DNA from: Isurus oxyrinchus
Taxonomy: Eukaryota
Assembly: GCA_026770705.1 (NCBI GenBank)
Contig: JANJGN010000006.1
Location: forward strand, 60,202,001-60,266,000
Length of the DNA: 64,000 bases
Direction: 5' to 3'
Below, one piece after another: positions 12,829-25,410 of this stretch (positions within the stretch are counted from its first letter, which is position 1; the number at the start of each line of letters is the position of its first letter). Below the pieces are notes generated by a model, which was not told the DNA's origin, ran no database searches, and saw nothing but the letters and a program-made list of their open reading frames with translations. The position numbers were made by a program, and so were the translations under genes.

Positions 12829-13192
12829 AAAGACTTGCAATTATATAGCGCCTTTCACGACCCCAGCAGCCCCAAAGCTGTGCAGCTAATGAGGTACTTT
12901 TGAAGCGGGGATGTGGGAAATGCCATAGTCAATTTACATCCAGTAAGCTTCCATAAATAATGTGATAATGACCAGAATCTGTTTTGTGTGATGTTGATTG
13001 AGGGTTAAATATTGGCCAAGGATAACTTGCCTGCTCTTCTTCTAATAGCTTCAGGGATCTTTTACACCCAAAGGTTGCATCGCTGACAGGTCAGCAGTTC
13101 CCTGGAATATCTGTCTGGATGGGAGTGGGACCTGAACCCACAACCATCTGACCCAGATGCCAGACTGCTATCACCGGAGCCATAGCTGACAC
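12829..13192 (-). mobile_element. DeuSINE-like tRNA SINE
   Basis: Reverse complement head gtgtcagctatggctccggtgatagc...gggttcaggtccc (A/B boxes), Deu-like gtaaaagatccc...gaagagcagg...ggccaatatttaaccctcaatcaacatcac, and an L2-like tail. Confidence 0.7.
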
Positions 13193-13814
13193 CTTTAACC
13201 TGTGGCCCTGGCTATTCATTCAAATAACCAGTGAGCGAGCTCCCTACTTGCATTGGTGATCATGGGCTGAGGGGAGTGGACGGACTTCACTATTGTTGGG
13301 TAAAACCAATTGGTTCATCTTGTGCCCCTAGGGGTCTGTCTGCTCTAGGCTTGTTAACAAGTAGCACACTTTGTATCAGTGAGAAAGTATATATGGGAAG
13401 TGAGGATTTATCCAAAAAAGGGGGAAATATAATTGCTGCGGCAACCTGTTTGGAAAAGGAACAATTCCTAGCTACCTGTTCATATCATTTCTGAACATTT
13501 CAATCTCCATTCAAACTTACTTTTCTAGGCATCATTTTCCTGGTGAAATAGCAGAGTCTTACTATTTACTTTGTGAGGTTTGGCACAGTCCTGCTTTGCG
13601 AAATGATTATTTTTCAGGAAAGCGAGTGCTTCTGAAAGGTGTTTTCTTTAAATGTGTTTTTGATCAGAGGCAGAGATGTTGCCGAGACCACCCCAGGTGC
13701 CTGTTGTTCCCATCACACACGACTAATAACTAATTTACTCGACGCTTCCTCTTTTAACTTTGCAAATGCAGCATCAGTTCGCGGATGCAGTTTGAATGTT
13801 TTGAAATCCGCCCC

Positions 13815-14000
13815 TGCAATGAATATATTCAAACCTGAGTTAGACAGATTTATGATGGACAAGGGGAGTCTAGGTTTATGGGGAACAGGCAGGAAGGTGT
13901 AGTTAAGGCCACATCAGATCACGCATGATCTTATTGCCTGGCAGAGCAGTCTCAAGGGGCTGAATGGCCTACTCCCATTCTTATTTCTTATGTTCTTACA
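13815..14000 (+). mobile_element. CR1 3' UTR fragment
   Basis: ggggctgaatggcctactcccattcttatttcttatgttctta is a CR1-type tail. Confidence 0.65.
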
Positions 14001-16638
14001 AGCAGTGGAATGAATGAAGCACACATCAAATGTTTTGATTTATTTATCAGAGGTTGTAGATAACTAATCATAACGTGTTGTCTTGCTCGTATGCTAACAT
14101 ACTACAATTAGAATTTTCTGGAGAACTTCGGTAAGCAAAGAAAGATGTGATTTACAAAAGATAAATGGATATTCACCAGGGAATAATGGTTTTAGTTTTG
14201 CCCTTGAAGAAAGAACCACTTTTCTGGTTATGAGTCAGAAGATTAGGTTGTCGAAAAAAATGTCTTTTAAAGCATTTCATAATACCTTTACAATATTAGC
14301 TGCAAGGCATTCCTCCATTACTTGATTCTTTGGAAGGAAAAAGAAGAAAGCTTTCATTCATAATAGCGTCAGTCATAAGTGAAGAGACTTTTGTTATAAC
14401 ATGCAAAAAAAAGTCCGGGATATTTTTAAATTCAAACATTGAACCAAATAGCGCCACCATTCATGTAGCTGACCAAACACAAATCTGCATTACAATAGTA
14501 GTTTTAGTCAAATAGATGACATAAGATCTAAGAATTTTTTTATTTTCACTTTTTTAAACAATGGGGAAAAGCATTTTACATCAAAGTTATTGGACGGCTT
14601 CATTTGTTTATACCATGCTATGAAATAGCCAGGGGTTATAAAAGCATGAAGGAAAATAATAAGTCTGAGTCATTGTTACCGACATTACTTGATGTGCTGG
14701 CTTGTAGTGCTTTCATTGATTTCCTAGACTAAAGCTATTCTTCAGAGGTTACTCGATAGTGAACAGGAACTGAAAAATCGATATCAGACAGAAATTTCAC
14801 CATGCAAAGCAGGGAACAATAAAGTTCACAGAGGATAACAGACCATTACTGGAAGGATAAGTTGCTAACAGACCAGAAGTGTGAGGTGCATGCAGTGGAG
14901 ATGCTCATTGGGATTTGTGGGATCGCGGGCTGAGAGATTCTTAAAAAGCCTGGGATGGGGGGAACAAAGGCTGCTGATGTGATGAAGAGGACTAAAGTGC
15001 AGTAAGAAACAGCTCAGGGCCAGAATAAACAAACCTGCTGGAGGAATGACCCCTTAAAGGCTCCAGTGAAGACACCAACTTTGTTCAGTTAAGAATAAGA
15101 TGCTAAAGAGATGCCAGCTCAACCAGAGGTTGCTTATTGTCAAGAACTGGGAGGTTAAAAAACCTGTAACACACAAAACCAAAGGTTTTCCACAATCAAT
15201 AGAGGTGATCAGATATCTGACCATTGTACCTTCCCCAAAGAAAGTGGAATGCTCAGTTCTCTGATTGCTGTTACAGGGCATAGACTTTCCCAGAAAGGAA
15301 TTTTTTTGTAGGAGTAACTTGGTTTTTTTTCTGTGGCAGTAGTTACTCTATTGTTACTATGTTATTTGGCCTGATTGTGTCTGTTGCTGTGCTGTTTCAT
15401 CGTAAGACTTTAATGGTAGCATGTGGTAGCTTGTTACTGTAGGGCTAAACCAGTGAAAAATAACTGCTTGCAAGGAGCCTAGTAAAACTGATCTGCATCC
15501 CCTAAGAATGAAGCTCCTCTCTGGGAGTGCAGGATTTAGAATTATTCTGAAAGTATATATTTGTTAATTAGTTACCTGTAGATTAACAGAAGATTATTTG
15601 AGGTCTGTCTCTCTTTTGCCCCCACCACCCACACTCAAAACTACGCATTCACTCTGTCTCTCCGAAATAAATGTACTGTATTTACACTTCCCCAGTAATA
15701 TTTATGTACAAACACCTTAAATAGCGCCATTATAAAAGAGAGTTCAAACTTGCTTTCAACCTTTCCCTTTCTCACTATCATTTTTCCAGCATAGTACATG
15801 AAGAAAAATGCCTTTAGGACATCTACTGGCATGTTTAGTAATTAATGCATGGCAGCTGATGTACTAAAACACAGTAATTATGTATCCAGCTTTATTTAAG
15901 TTTCAATTCTCATTCATTTTTCGTACTATACAGAGGACTGTTGTTTTTACTACAAGAACATGGTCTAAGACTAGTGGCATTCCAAGGATGTGACATATTT
16001 GTGCACACTTTTCATTTTATATAACTGAATGATTGATTGAATTGAGGGCAAAGGATGAAAGGCATTAGGGAAACAACATTGACACTGGTGTCTTGAGACC
16101 ATTATTACATGTTTGACATCAGTGCACGGATATGTTATTTTGTCAGGTTGTTTCCCTCTAGTATCTATTCTGTTCTTCCTTACCATTTTGTGTTTTCCAA
16201 TTATCTTTTTAATTGATTTAAAAATGGAAAAATGGGATTCAGATGTCACGTTTGAAGAAAGAAATAATTCGCATTAGCTATCACTATCATGGTCAGGAAG
16301 TGGCTGCAGAGACAGCAGAGGCATGGTCAAAATATCCCAGAACTCACTGGATTCCAGGAGGGTTCCTGCGGATTGGAAAACCGCTAATGTGATGCCCCTG
16401 TTTAAGAAGGGAGGGAGACAAAAAACAGGAAACTATAGACCAGTCAGCCTAACATCTGTCGTTGGGAAAATGCTAGAGTCCATTATTAAGGAAGAAATAG
16501 CAGGACATTTAGAAAAGCTTATCACAATCAGATAGAGTCAACATGGATTTGTGAAAGGGAAATCATGTTTGACAAATTTGCTAGAGTTCTTTGAGGATAT
16601 ACCAAGCAGAGTTGATAAAGGGGAACCAGTAAATATAG

Positions 16639-17455
16639 CGAGGAATGTTCTGGATGACGTCCCGACATCACCGCGTGTCATTTCAGTTCGTCTGGCGCAC
16701 AGCCAGCAGGCGCTCAACTGTCAAAGGCCTATTAAGGCCTGTTAAAAACTAATTAAAACAGTTAAATGAGCTGCCTGTCCAACCTTAAAGTTGGCGGGCA
16801 GGCGAAGAGCCCAGGCGGCCTTCGCATTTTTCTTGAAACCTCTCCCTTCCCCCCACCCCACCCCCACTAAGGCTATCTGTACCTTGCTCATCCTGCTTTC
16901 TACCCTTAATGTCACCTATTAGCATATTTCTTAGCTAATATCACCACTGTCAACACCTCTTTGTCCTTTTGTCTATGACATCTTTTGGCTATCTCCACCT
17001 ATCACTGGCCCGCTATCCAGCTCTACTTGTCCCACCCCCCCCCACCCCCTTAAACCAGCTTACATTTCACCTCTTCTATTTTTCCTTAGCTCTATTGAAG
17101 AGTCATACAGACTTGAAACGTTAATTGTGTTCCTCTCTGCAGATGTTGTCAGACCTGCTGAGTTTTTCCAGGTATTTTTATTTTTGTTTTTATCCCTGAG
17201 GCAGCACTTAGCCTCAGGGAGATGAGTGTGCTCTTTCGCACGCATGCGCGCAAAAGAGCGCACTCCCGGCTTAGGGTATCACCCCACCTGCACAGGGAGC
17301 TTATAGTGCTTACTGGTGGATGTCATGCTGGGCAGGCTTAATTGGCCCACCTGCGTAAAATGGTGGTGCGCCCCCGATCAGGGGTGCCGATCGGAGGTGC
17401 GCCCGCACACGCCCGTTCCTGAGCTTCCCTCCCAACGGGGGGGAAAATTCTTCCC
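16639..17455 (+). mobile_element. Harbinger-type MITE, left end deleted
   Basis: Collinear with 24352-24867 and 57723-58401 (attaaggcc, ggcgaagagcccaggcggccttcgcat, gaaacctc). Right end is gaaaattcttccc. Confidence 0.7.
16843..17190 (+). mobile_element. Penelope-like 3' UTR/pLTR nested in the MITE
   Basis: Collinear with the reverse complement of 19110-19350. Tail ctattgaagagtcatacagacttgaaacgtt...ctgctgagtttttccaggtattttt. Confidence 0.75.
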
Positions 17456-19036
17456 AAGGAACCTGCAAGGAGTTATGGATAGGATAAGTGAGTGGGCAAA
17501 AACTTGGCAGATGGAGTTTAATGTAAGAAAGTGTGAGGTAAGAATTAAATGGAGAAAGATTCCAAAAAAATGCAGTACAGAGGGATCTGGGTGTTCTTGT
17601 GCTTGAAGCACAAAGAGTTAGCATGCAGGTGTAGCTAGTAATTAAGAAGGTAAATTGAATTTTGGCCTGTATTGCTAGGGGAGTTGGAGTTTAAAAATAG
17701 GGGAGTCTTGTTACAACTTTATAGGGTGGTGAGGCTGCACCTGGAATACTGTGTACTGTTTTAGTCCCCGTGTTTAAGAAAAGATGTACTGGCATTGGAG
17801 GCAGTTCAAAAGAGATTCACTAGGCTGATACCTGGGATGAAGGGGTTGGCTTATCCAGAACAGCTGAACAGGTTAGGCCTTTATTCATTAGAGTTTAGAA
17901 GAATGAGGGGTGATCTTATTAAAACATACAAGATTCTGAGGGGGCTTGACAGGGTAGATGTTGAGAAGATGTTTCCACTAGTGGGTGTTCCTCGAACTAG
18001 GGGACATAGTTACAGAATAAGGGGACACTCATTCAAAACTGAGATGCGAAGGAATTTCTTCTCTGAGGGTGGTGAATGTCTGGAATTCTCTACCCCACAG
18101 AGCTGTGGAGGCTGGATCACTGAAAGTATTTAATGAAGAGGTAGATAGATTTTTGAAATATCAGGGAGTTGAGGGCTATGAGGAGCTGGCACAAAAGAGG
18201 AATTGAGGCCTGGGGCAGGTCAACCATGATCTTTTTGAATGGTGGGGCAGGCTTGAGGGGCCGAATGGCCTCCTCCTGCTCCTATTTCTTATCTTCTTAT
18301 GGGTGCAATGAGTCAGTGACCTCTTTCTATACAGTAAAGGAGGGTTATGGAAATTACATTAATATGATGTACCCAGATTGCAGAAATAAAAATCAGACTT
18401 CTGAGACTAATGGGAAAAAGTAACATAATTTTTATTTTGCTTTCCATTTTCCCTTTTAATTATTTTAATTGAATTTACAAAACTCAAAACATAATTAGTG
18501 CCCAACAAATACAGTCCTTGGGGAAGGCCAGTAAGATGGGGCTCTTTCTTTCACTGAGTTCTGATTTGTCTTGGCCTTGAGGAAATAAAAATGTGATTAT
18601 GCAACCTCTCAAGTATTCTCTGGGAAGAGTTTGGTGGCTCAAATGTTAATTCTGGAAAGCTGGCCCAACTGAGAGAGTTTGGTTTGGATTTGGATTTAAG
18701 CCAGCCAAATTCCCAAAGCTTTGCTGCACTCTACCTCCGACTGACAGCCACTGTACTTGTGCTCACTGCTATTATTGTTGCTCCTCCTCCCGCAATTATT
18801 GTTGCCCAGGGAATGGTAAAGACTGGTTCCTCATGATGGCGAAGTTGTGCAGCTTTCAGCAGACACAGACACATCTGGATACCTGCATTCAAAGCAGCTT
18901 GCTAATCATGAATACCTGTCCCACTGTGACTATATATATTTGAAATTATATAATGGAGTATGGAAAGAGAATCTTCTGGTTTGGTTGGTTTCTGTCAAAC
19001 CTTTCAGCAATTTGGTGAATTGAGCCCTAGTTTTGG

Positions 19037-20183
19037 AACAAAAACAGAAAATGCTGGAAAAACTCAGCATGCTTAACAGAAGTAAAAACATGATGAAATT
19101 TATACTGTTTAAGATGGGTGGAGGAAGTGAAGCTGGATAGAAGGCCAGTGATAGATGGAGGCAAAGAAGAGATTGCCAGAGATGTCGTAGACACAGCGGT
19201 GTTAATGGTAGTGACACTAGCTAAAGGAGGTGCTGATGGTGACATTAAGGTCAGAAAGCAGAATATGATAATAGCAGGACAAGGGTAAGCACTCTGGAAA
19301 GAACAACATGAACAAGTGACAGATGGCCCTTGTGGGGTGGGGTGGGGGGAGGGGACGGTGGTGGAAATAAAGATTGAAAATAGAATAAAAGGTGGGGATA
19401 AAACGATGAATAAAAATGAAAAATAAAAATAAGTGGATAAAAATATAAATGAAAATGTATGTTGAAAAAGGGGATAAAAAAGGGCTGAGGATGGAGGAAA
19501 GAGTTCAGATTCTGAAGTTGTTGAACTCAATGTTAAGTCTGAAAGGCTGTAAAGTGCTTAATCAGAAGATGAGGTGCTGTTCCTCCAGTTTGCGCTGGGC
19601 TTCACTCGAACATTGCAGCAGGCCAAGGACGGACGTGTGGGCATGAGAGCAGGAAGGTGTGTTGAAACAGCAAGCGACAGGAAGGTCTGGGTCATGCTTG
19701 TGGACAGATTGAAGGTGTTCCGCAAAGCGGTCACTCAGTCTGCGTTTGGTCTCTCCAATGTAGAAGAGACAGCATTCGGAGCAGCGAATACAGTAGACCA
19801 AATTCAATGAGGTGCAAGTGAAGCACTGCTTCACCTGAAAGGAGTGTTTGGGCCCTTGGACGGTGAGGGGAGAGGAGGTAAAGGGGCAGGTGTTGCACCT
19901 TCTGCGATTGCATGGGGAGGTTGTCGTGAGAGGGGGATGAGGTGTTGGGGGTGATTGAGGGGTGGACCAGAGCGTCCCGGAGGGAACAGTCCCTACAGAA
20001 TGTCAACAGTATAAATTTCATCACATTTTGACTTCTCTTTAGCTCTGAATAAGAGTCATACGGACTTGAAATGTTAACTTTTTTTTCTCTCCAAACGTGC
20101 TGTTAGACCTGCTGAGTTTTTCCAGCATTTTCTGGGGGTTTTTTTTTCAGATTTCCAGCATCCACAGTATTTTGCTTTTTTGG
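19037..20183 (-). mobile_element. 5'-truncated Penelope-like retroelement with inverted pLTR and 9-bp TSD
   Basis: Minus-strand body at 19037-20004 and a plus-strand inverted copy of the tail at 20005-20183. TAGTTTTGG at 19028-19036 and 20184-20192. Confidence 0.85.
19500..20004 (-). pseudogene. Penelope-like GIY-YIG endonuclease with upstream Cys motif
   Basis: PCNRRRCNTCPF followed by LVYCIRC...FYIGETKRRLSDRFAEH...RKLEEQHLIF (ORF 19562..19834). Confidence 0.85.
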
Positions 20184-20415
20184 TAGTTTTGGGAGCTGAG
20201 ACCTGCTATTTACTGCTTGTTTCTTGGGCTGGGGGATGTATGGCATGGTGTCCTTTGGGGGTCATTGTTAGTTCTCAAGAATGTATGTAAAGGAATCACA
20301 ATCTCAAAATTTGCAATCAACAGCAAAATAGAGAATATAGGATAGTAAGCCTCTTTTGTAAGCAACTGCATTGTAAATTGATCTATTGATCTCAGTTTTA
20401 AAATTTTCACTCTTG

Positions 20416-21642
20416 GGGCTGAATTGCCCCAGATTTGCACTAAGTGCAGTAGCGGGCGGAAAAAAATGTTTTACCCGCCAGCCACAATGGCAGCTTTTCA
20501 CAGTGTATTGTCCCAATCCTGCCTCATTAATTGTGCATTCTCAGGAAACACACAATTTCGATGACGGGTGCCACATTTAAAGTGCAGCCGCACATGAACC
20601 TCTCAGTGCTTCCAGCAAGGACTTGCTGCAAAGAAGACAAGGCCTCAAAAGCAAGAAAACTGCAGCCCCCAGTTTAGTGATGTGTCCCTCGAGCACCTTT
20701 TGGATGCCATGGAGGCCCACCATGATGTCCTGTACCCCTACTCCAGCCACAGGAGGGGTAGCAACATTACCACTCCAGCTTGGTAGGTGATGGCAGTGGC
20801 AATCAGTGCCAATGCTGCACGGAAGAGGTTAGCCATCCAATGCAGGTAGAGGATGAATGATCTCATCCGTGCTCCCAGGGTATGGCAACCATCTCATGAC
20901 TCTAAACTCACACGCTCAAGCCCATCACGTTCGCTGGCCTCTCATCACTGCCAGCTCAAAGGACATCACCCTCAACTCTCCATCTGGCCTCATCTCCTCT
21001 TGAGACTGCCTCCTCAGTCCTCACCATCTTGAGGTCTCTTGCATGGATCAACTTGTATCCCCATACACACCCTGGGATACCCCACTTTCCCAGTACAGCC
21101 CTTACCCAGCAGCCTTTTCCCTTGCCTGAGGCCACTTCGCCCCCTTCCCCTCGCAAGCCCTAGCCCTGCAGCCGTTGAAAAGCCAGCTCCACCTTATGGC
21201 TGGTCTGGTAGGTAGAGACCTGCCTGTGAGCCTCCCTAAAAGTGGTGTGGTGCTGTCTGCGAAGCCTGGCACTGATGACTGCGAGTACTGACCGAGGCGA
21301 GGCAGGCAGACAAACCCTGAAGTCCCAAGCGAAGTGCAGCTTACCAGGTGCTTGTCGCTTACGTAGAGTTGTGAAACACATTGGCATGCAATGATGCTGA
21401 CATGCCCAGATGATCCAGCGTGGGGGGATGATTCCAACGAGCTGCTTGCAATAATATGCAGATGTATTACAATGAGGTTCCTGATGTTTGATGGCGGGAA
21501 ACGCGGACTGCCTTTGATGGGCAGAGTGGGCAATTGCAAACTGGTTTCACGACATCGTGAAACTTATTTTTGGCCTTCTTGCCATTTTGTCTGCTCACAC
21601 TGCCGAACACGCCCCAACCAGCAGACATGGAAAATTCCACCC
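20416..21642 (+). mobile_element. Non-autonomous Harbinger (1.2 kb) retaining Myb/SANT exon 1; TSD TTG
   Basis: Ends gggctgaattg / ggaaaattccaccc. TTG at 20413-15 and 21643-45. Encodes KKTAAP.FSDVSLEHLL...AW*..A...R..IQCR*RMNDLI followed by a GT donor at 20880. Confidence 0.8.
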
Positions 21643-22705
21643 TTGGTTTCAAATCTCTCCCTGCGTCACCCCTCCCTATCTCTATAACCTCCAACAGTCC
21701 TGCAACTCTCCAGGATCTCTATACTTCTCCAATTCTGGCCTCTTGAGCATCACTGATTTTAATTGCTCCACTTTGGCAGCTGTGCCTTCAACTGCTTAAG
21801 CCCTAACCTCTGGAATCCCCTCCCTAAGCCTTTAAAAGAGAAAAAAGGAGACATATTAAATACTCTATTCAAACTCAAAGAGGATAAAACCCCTGCTCTA
21901 GATAGATTGCATCTGTACTTTAAAATAATCTAAAAAAGAGATAGCTGAGACACTACTATACATAACCAATTTGTTATCTGTAGTGCCAGAGGACTGGTAG
22001 ATAGCCAACCTTATACCTGTATTTAAAAAGGATGTAGAACATGTCCAGAGAACTAGTATAGACCACACACTGGAAAAAGTTCAAAAAAAAGGATTTACAA
22101 GGATGATACCAGAAATGCAAAATTATACCCAGAAGGAAAAGATGAGCAAGCTAGGTCTCCTCTCTCTTAAAAAAAAGGCTAAGGGATGACAAATTGGAGG
22201 TTTTTAAAATTGTGAAAGGGATTGATAGAGGGAATGTTTCCATTTGTAGCCATCAATATAAGACAGTCACCAAGGAATGAAATAGGGAATTTAGAAGAAA
22301 CCTCTACCCAGAAAGTGGTGAGAGTGTTGAATTTGCTACCACAGGAAGTGTTTGAGGCCAACAGTATAGATACATGAAACGGGAGGCTCAATAAGCATAT
22401 GAGGGAGAAATGAATAGAGGGTCATGCTGATAAGAGTTACATGAGGAAGAATGAGAGGAGACTTGAGAGGAGTGTAAGCATTGGCATGGATGATTTGGGT
22501 GATTGACCCACTTGCGTGCTGTATATTCGATGTAATTCTGTTACCTCTTTGCCTTTCTCCCCTCCTTTAAGATATTTCTTACAACCTACCATTTTCTTCT
22601 GTCCTTAGGTGGCTTGGTGTCAAATTTTGTTTGATAATGCTCCTGTAAAATGTCTTGGGACTTGTACTATGTTAAAGGCACTATATAAGTGAAAATTGTT
22701 GTTAA
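21643..22705 (+). mobile_element. L2 3' end (21643-21830 and 22540-22705) split by a CR1 fragment (21830-22540)
   Basis: L2-type tccaattctggcctcttg...ctctggaatcccctccctaa and tail tatgttaaaggcactatataagtg. The CR1 part has VPEDW-like coding and a CR1 tail. Confidence 0.65.
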
Positions 22706-23417
22706 AATATAAGATGAATTAACTCTTAAGTTTGTGTTTATTGTTGAAAATAAGTGCTTAATTTGCCTTGAATGGTGACTACTCTACACCCAGACCGGTG
22801 TTTGGGCTGTTTGGACGTTGAAGAGATCGAAATTACGGGCTGTATGTCCATTAAATCAGATACAGTTTAATATTATATCGTAATCACAGAACCTCAAAAA
22901 CATAAATGCTCTGATTATGTGGTTAATATGTAAAAATCAATCCTTTTTCCCTGGTTAGTTAGTTTCTTCATGTTAATTTCAGAAATCAATCTTATAGTAT
23001 AATCAACCCTTCAAAAGCATTTTTGCATAAGATGCACAGCTCCTTAAGAGTAAATTATCAGGTGCTAAGCAGGAGAATTGATTATCAACCATTTAATTTT
23101 CCGCTTTCATATTTTTATTAATCAATAATGATAATCAATTGTTAACTCCAAGAACATTTTGATATTTGAAATTTATCATGGTAATGCATTTCTTGTACAG
23201 GCAATAAAGCTTGTGAATTGTAATTAGGGATTTTTGTAGCACTCTTCTGTGCATTTGTGGAATGAGTGGTTTAGAGTTAGGTTCTCTTGATGATAGCAGG
23301 GGAAGGATTTACATTCCACAAACTGTGGAATTAATATGATTGTTTCAAACTGGAATAATGAAAGTCAGCTATAATTCCAGAAATAAAACTGAGACATAAG
23401 AGGAAAGAGTAAGAGAT

Positions 23418-23600
23418 CAAAAATATGTTGATACTGGAAATCTGAAATAAAACAGAAAATTCTAGAAATAGTTAGCAGCAGCGTTGGCATCTGCGAGAGG
23501 TTAACAGGTGATAAAGTTATGATGAATCACTTCAAAACGTTAACCAGTTTTTCTCTTTCATAAACTGTGCATTTCCCCTATTTTCTGTTTTTATTTTAGG
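23418..23600. mobile_element. Head-to-head pair of Penelope-type tails (palindromic relic)
   Basis: Left arm ctggaaatctgaaataaaacagaaaat (minus tail). Right arm aaacgttaacc...ttttctgtttttatttt (plus tail). Confidence 0.5.
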
Positions 23601-24351
23601 AAAGTATAGTTCCAGTTGCTTGAAATAGACATTGTACTTAGGAATTTTATACCGTATTGTGATTTACTTTGAGGTCTGTGTTACACAGTAACTGGTCAAA
23701 AGTGTATGCGGTTTATGTCACAGAGGTAGAGGTGTGTCAAGTGCAGCAGTGTCGTAAACTATAAAAATAGTCAACACCAATGGACATGGAAAAAGTAATT
23801 TCTTACTACTTTGATAAAATGTGAGTGCAATAAATTACATTTCAGTGAAGATTCTTCATGTTTGTTGATTTAGATTCTGTTCCTGTTATTTGTTTGAAGC
23901 AGATGATCATTTCAGATGGATGGCAGGCTTCCAAGGTTTAATCAGAGTGAAATAATTCTGTAAAATAAAAACTCATACTGCAATTATACTGAATTTTGTT
24001 TCACAGTGTTTAATAGAGATAATCAATAAAGGGGCTTTTGCACAAATGTACAGTGCTCATCAGAATGAGTGATGGTGCTAGAAATGGAAAATTTGTGCTG
24101 TGAACACATGCTGAGAACTGAGTTAAGTAAATCCAAACTCTCTTCACATGGGACATTAGCAGGGAAGGGAGACATTCAACTCATTGGTCTAGACTAGGTT
24201 AAAACCAAGATCCTAAAAGTGAAGTGATCCTACATCAAACTACTTGGCTACACATTCCCCAACATAGAAAAAGACAGAAGACAGCAAAGAGGTGTTTGGT
24301 ATTGGTTCATGAGCTACAACAATAGACTCTAGTTTCTGCACTCAGAGACAC

Positions 24352-24867
24352 AGGCCAGAATCTTCGGGTCGGCGTGTGGGGAATGGGCCCCGCTCACCGA
24401 CACATAAAATGATGCACGGTGACATTGGGCGTGCGTCCTGATGTCACCACGCATCATTCCGATTTTCAGTTCAGCGGGTGCACGCTGGAGTTGGCTGCGC
24501 TCCCGTCGAACTGCCAAAGGCTAATTAAGGCCATTTAAAAAGTAATTAACGGAGCTGCCCATCAACTTTAAGGTTGGCAGACAGGCGAAGAGCCCAGGCG
24601 GCCTTCGCATATTTCATGTAACCTCATCCACGGGCGGAATGAGGTTTCATGAAGGTTTTTAAACTTTAATGAATAATTTTAATATTTATTGACATGCCCC
24701 AGCTTATGTGACACGGTCTTAAAATGTTTTCTTTTCTTTATTTAAACTTTTCAAAATCAGCTCTGTGCCTCAGGGAGATTTCTGCGCTCTTTCGCACATA
24801 GGCATGAAAGAGAGCAGGCCCCAACTCAGCCTCCTCCCCCCGCCCGCATAGAGAGCGCTCAGCTCCC
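24352..24867 (+). mobile_element. Harbinger-type MITE, right end truncated
   Basis: Starts aggccagaatcttc and is collinear with the 16639 and 57723 copies. Confidence 0.7.
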
Positions 24868-25410
24868 CAGAAGGTTGATTCCTGGTCTAGGTTAGCATTT
24901 ACACTTATACATTCTCAAAGTAACATGTATTCATCGCGCAGAATTTTACCCTTGGCATGCGGGATACACCAGTGCATGAAATAAAGCGCTTTGACATCAG
25001 ATGAGTGATATTTCGCTAGGCGGGTGTGCGATGAAGACAGAGGCATGCCCGCCATTAATTAACCGGCCAGTTAAGGCCCTTGAAAGACCAATTGACTCCG
25101 TGTTTACGTAGCCCATGCAATTTTTAAGCGGTCGCATGGGCAAAACAGGCAGGCGGGCAGGTCACGATTTGTAAAACCTCATCCATTGGCAGGATAAGAG
25201 GGATCAGTGGGCTTCACAAAGCAAATAGTGAATAGTTTCAAATATCGCTGCTGCTTGCTTCTGTGAACAGGACAGCTTCATTTTGCTTCAGTGCTGCATT
25301 CTGAGCATTTAGAGGCTTCAGTTCAGGACTCAGTGTTGCCTTCCAGGTCCCCGGAGGATTCACATTGCATGAAGCCTTCCAGGTATCAGACCGCCTTCCC
25401 TTACCCTGGT

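Larger units (their letters stand above)
16290..18300 (+). mobile_element. CR1 LINE (family A) interrupted at 16639-17455
   Basis: ORFs 16323, 16551 and 17795 give VPADWKTANV.PLFKKG..NYRPVSLTS, GKSCLTNLLEFFE and VQKRFTRLIPGM. The tail is at 18290-18300. Confidence 0.9.

Noticed and set aside
19027-19530. 167-aa hydrophobic ORF
   Set aside because: It is a translation of the T-rich low-complexity Penelope 3' UTR.
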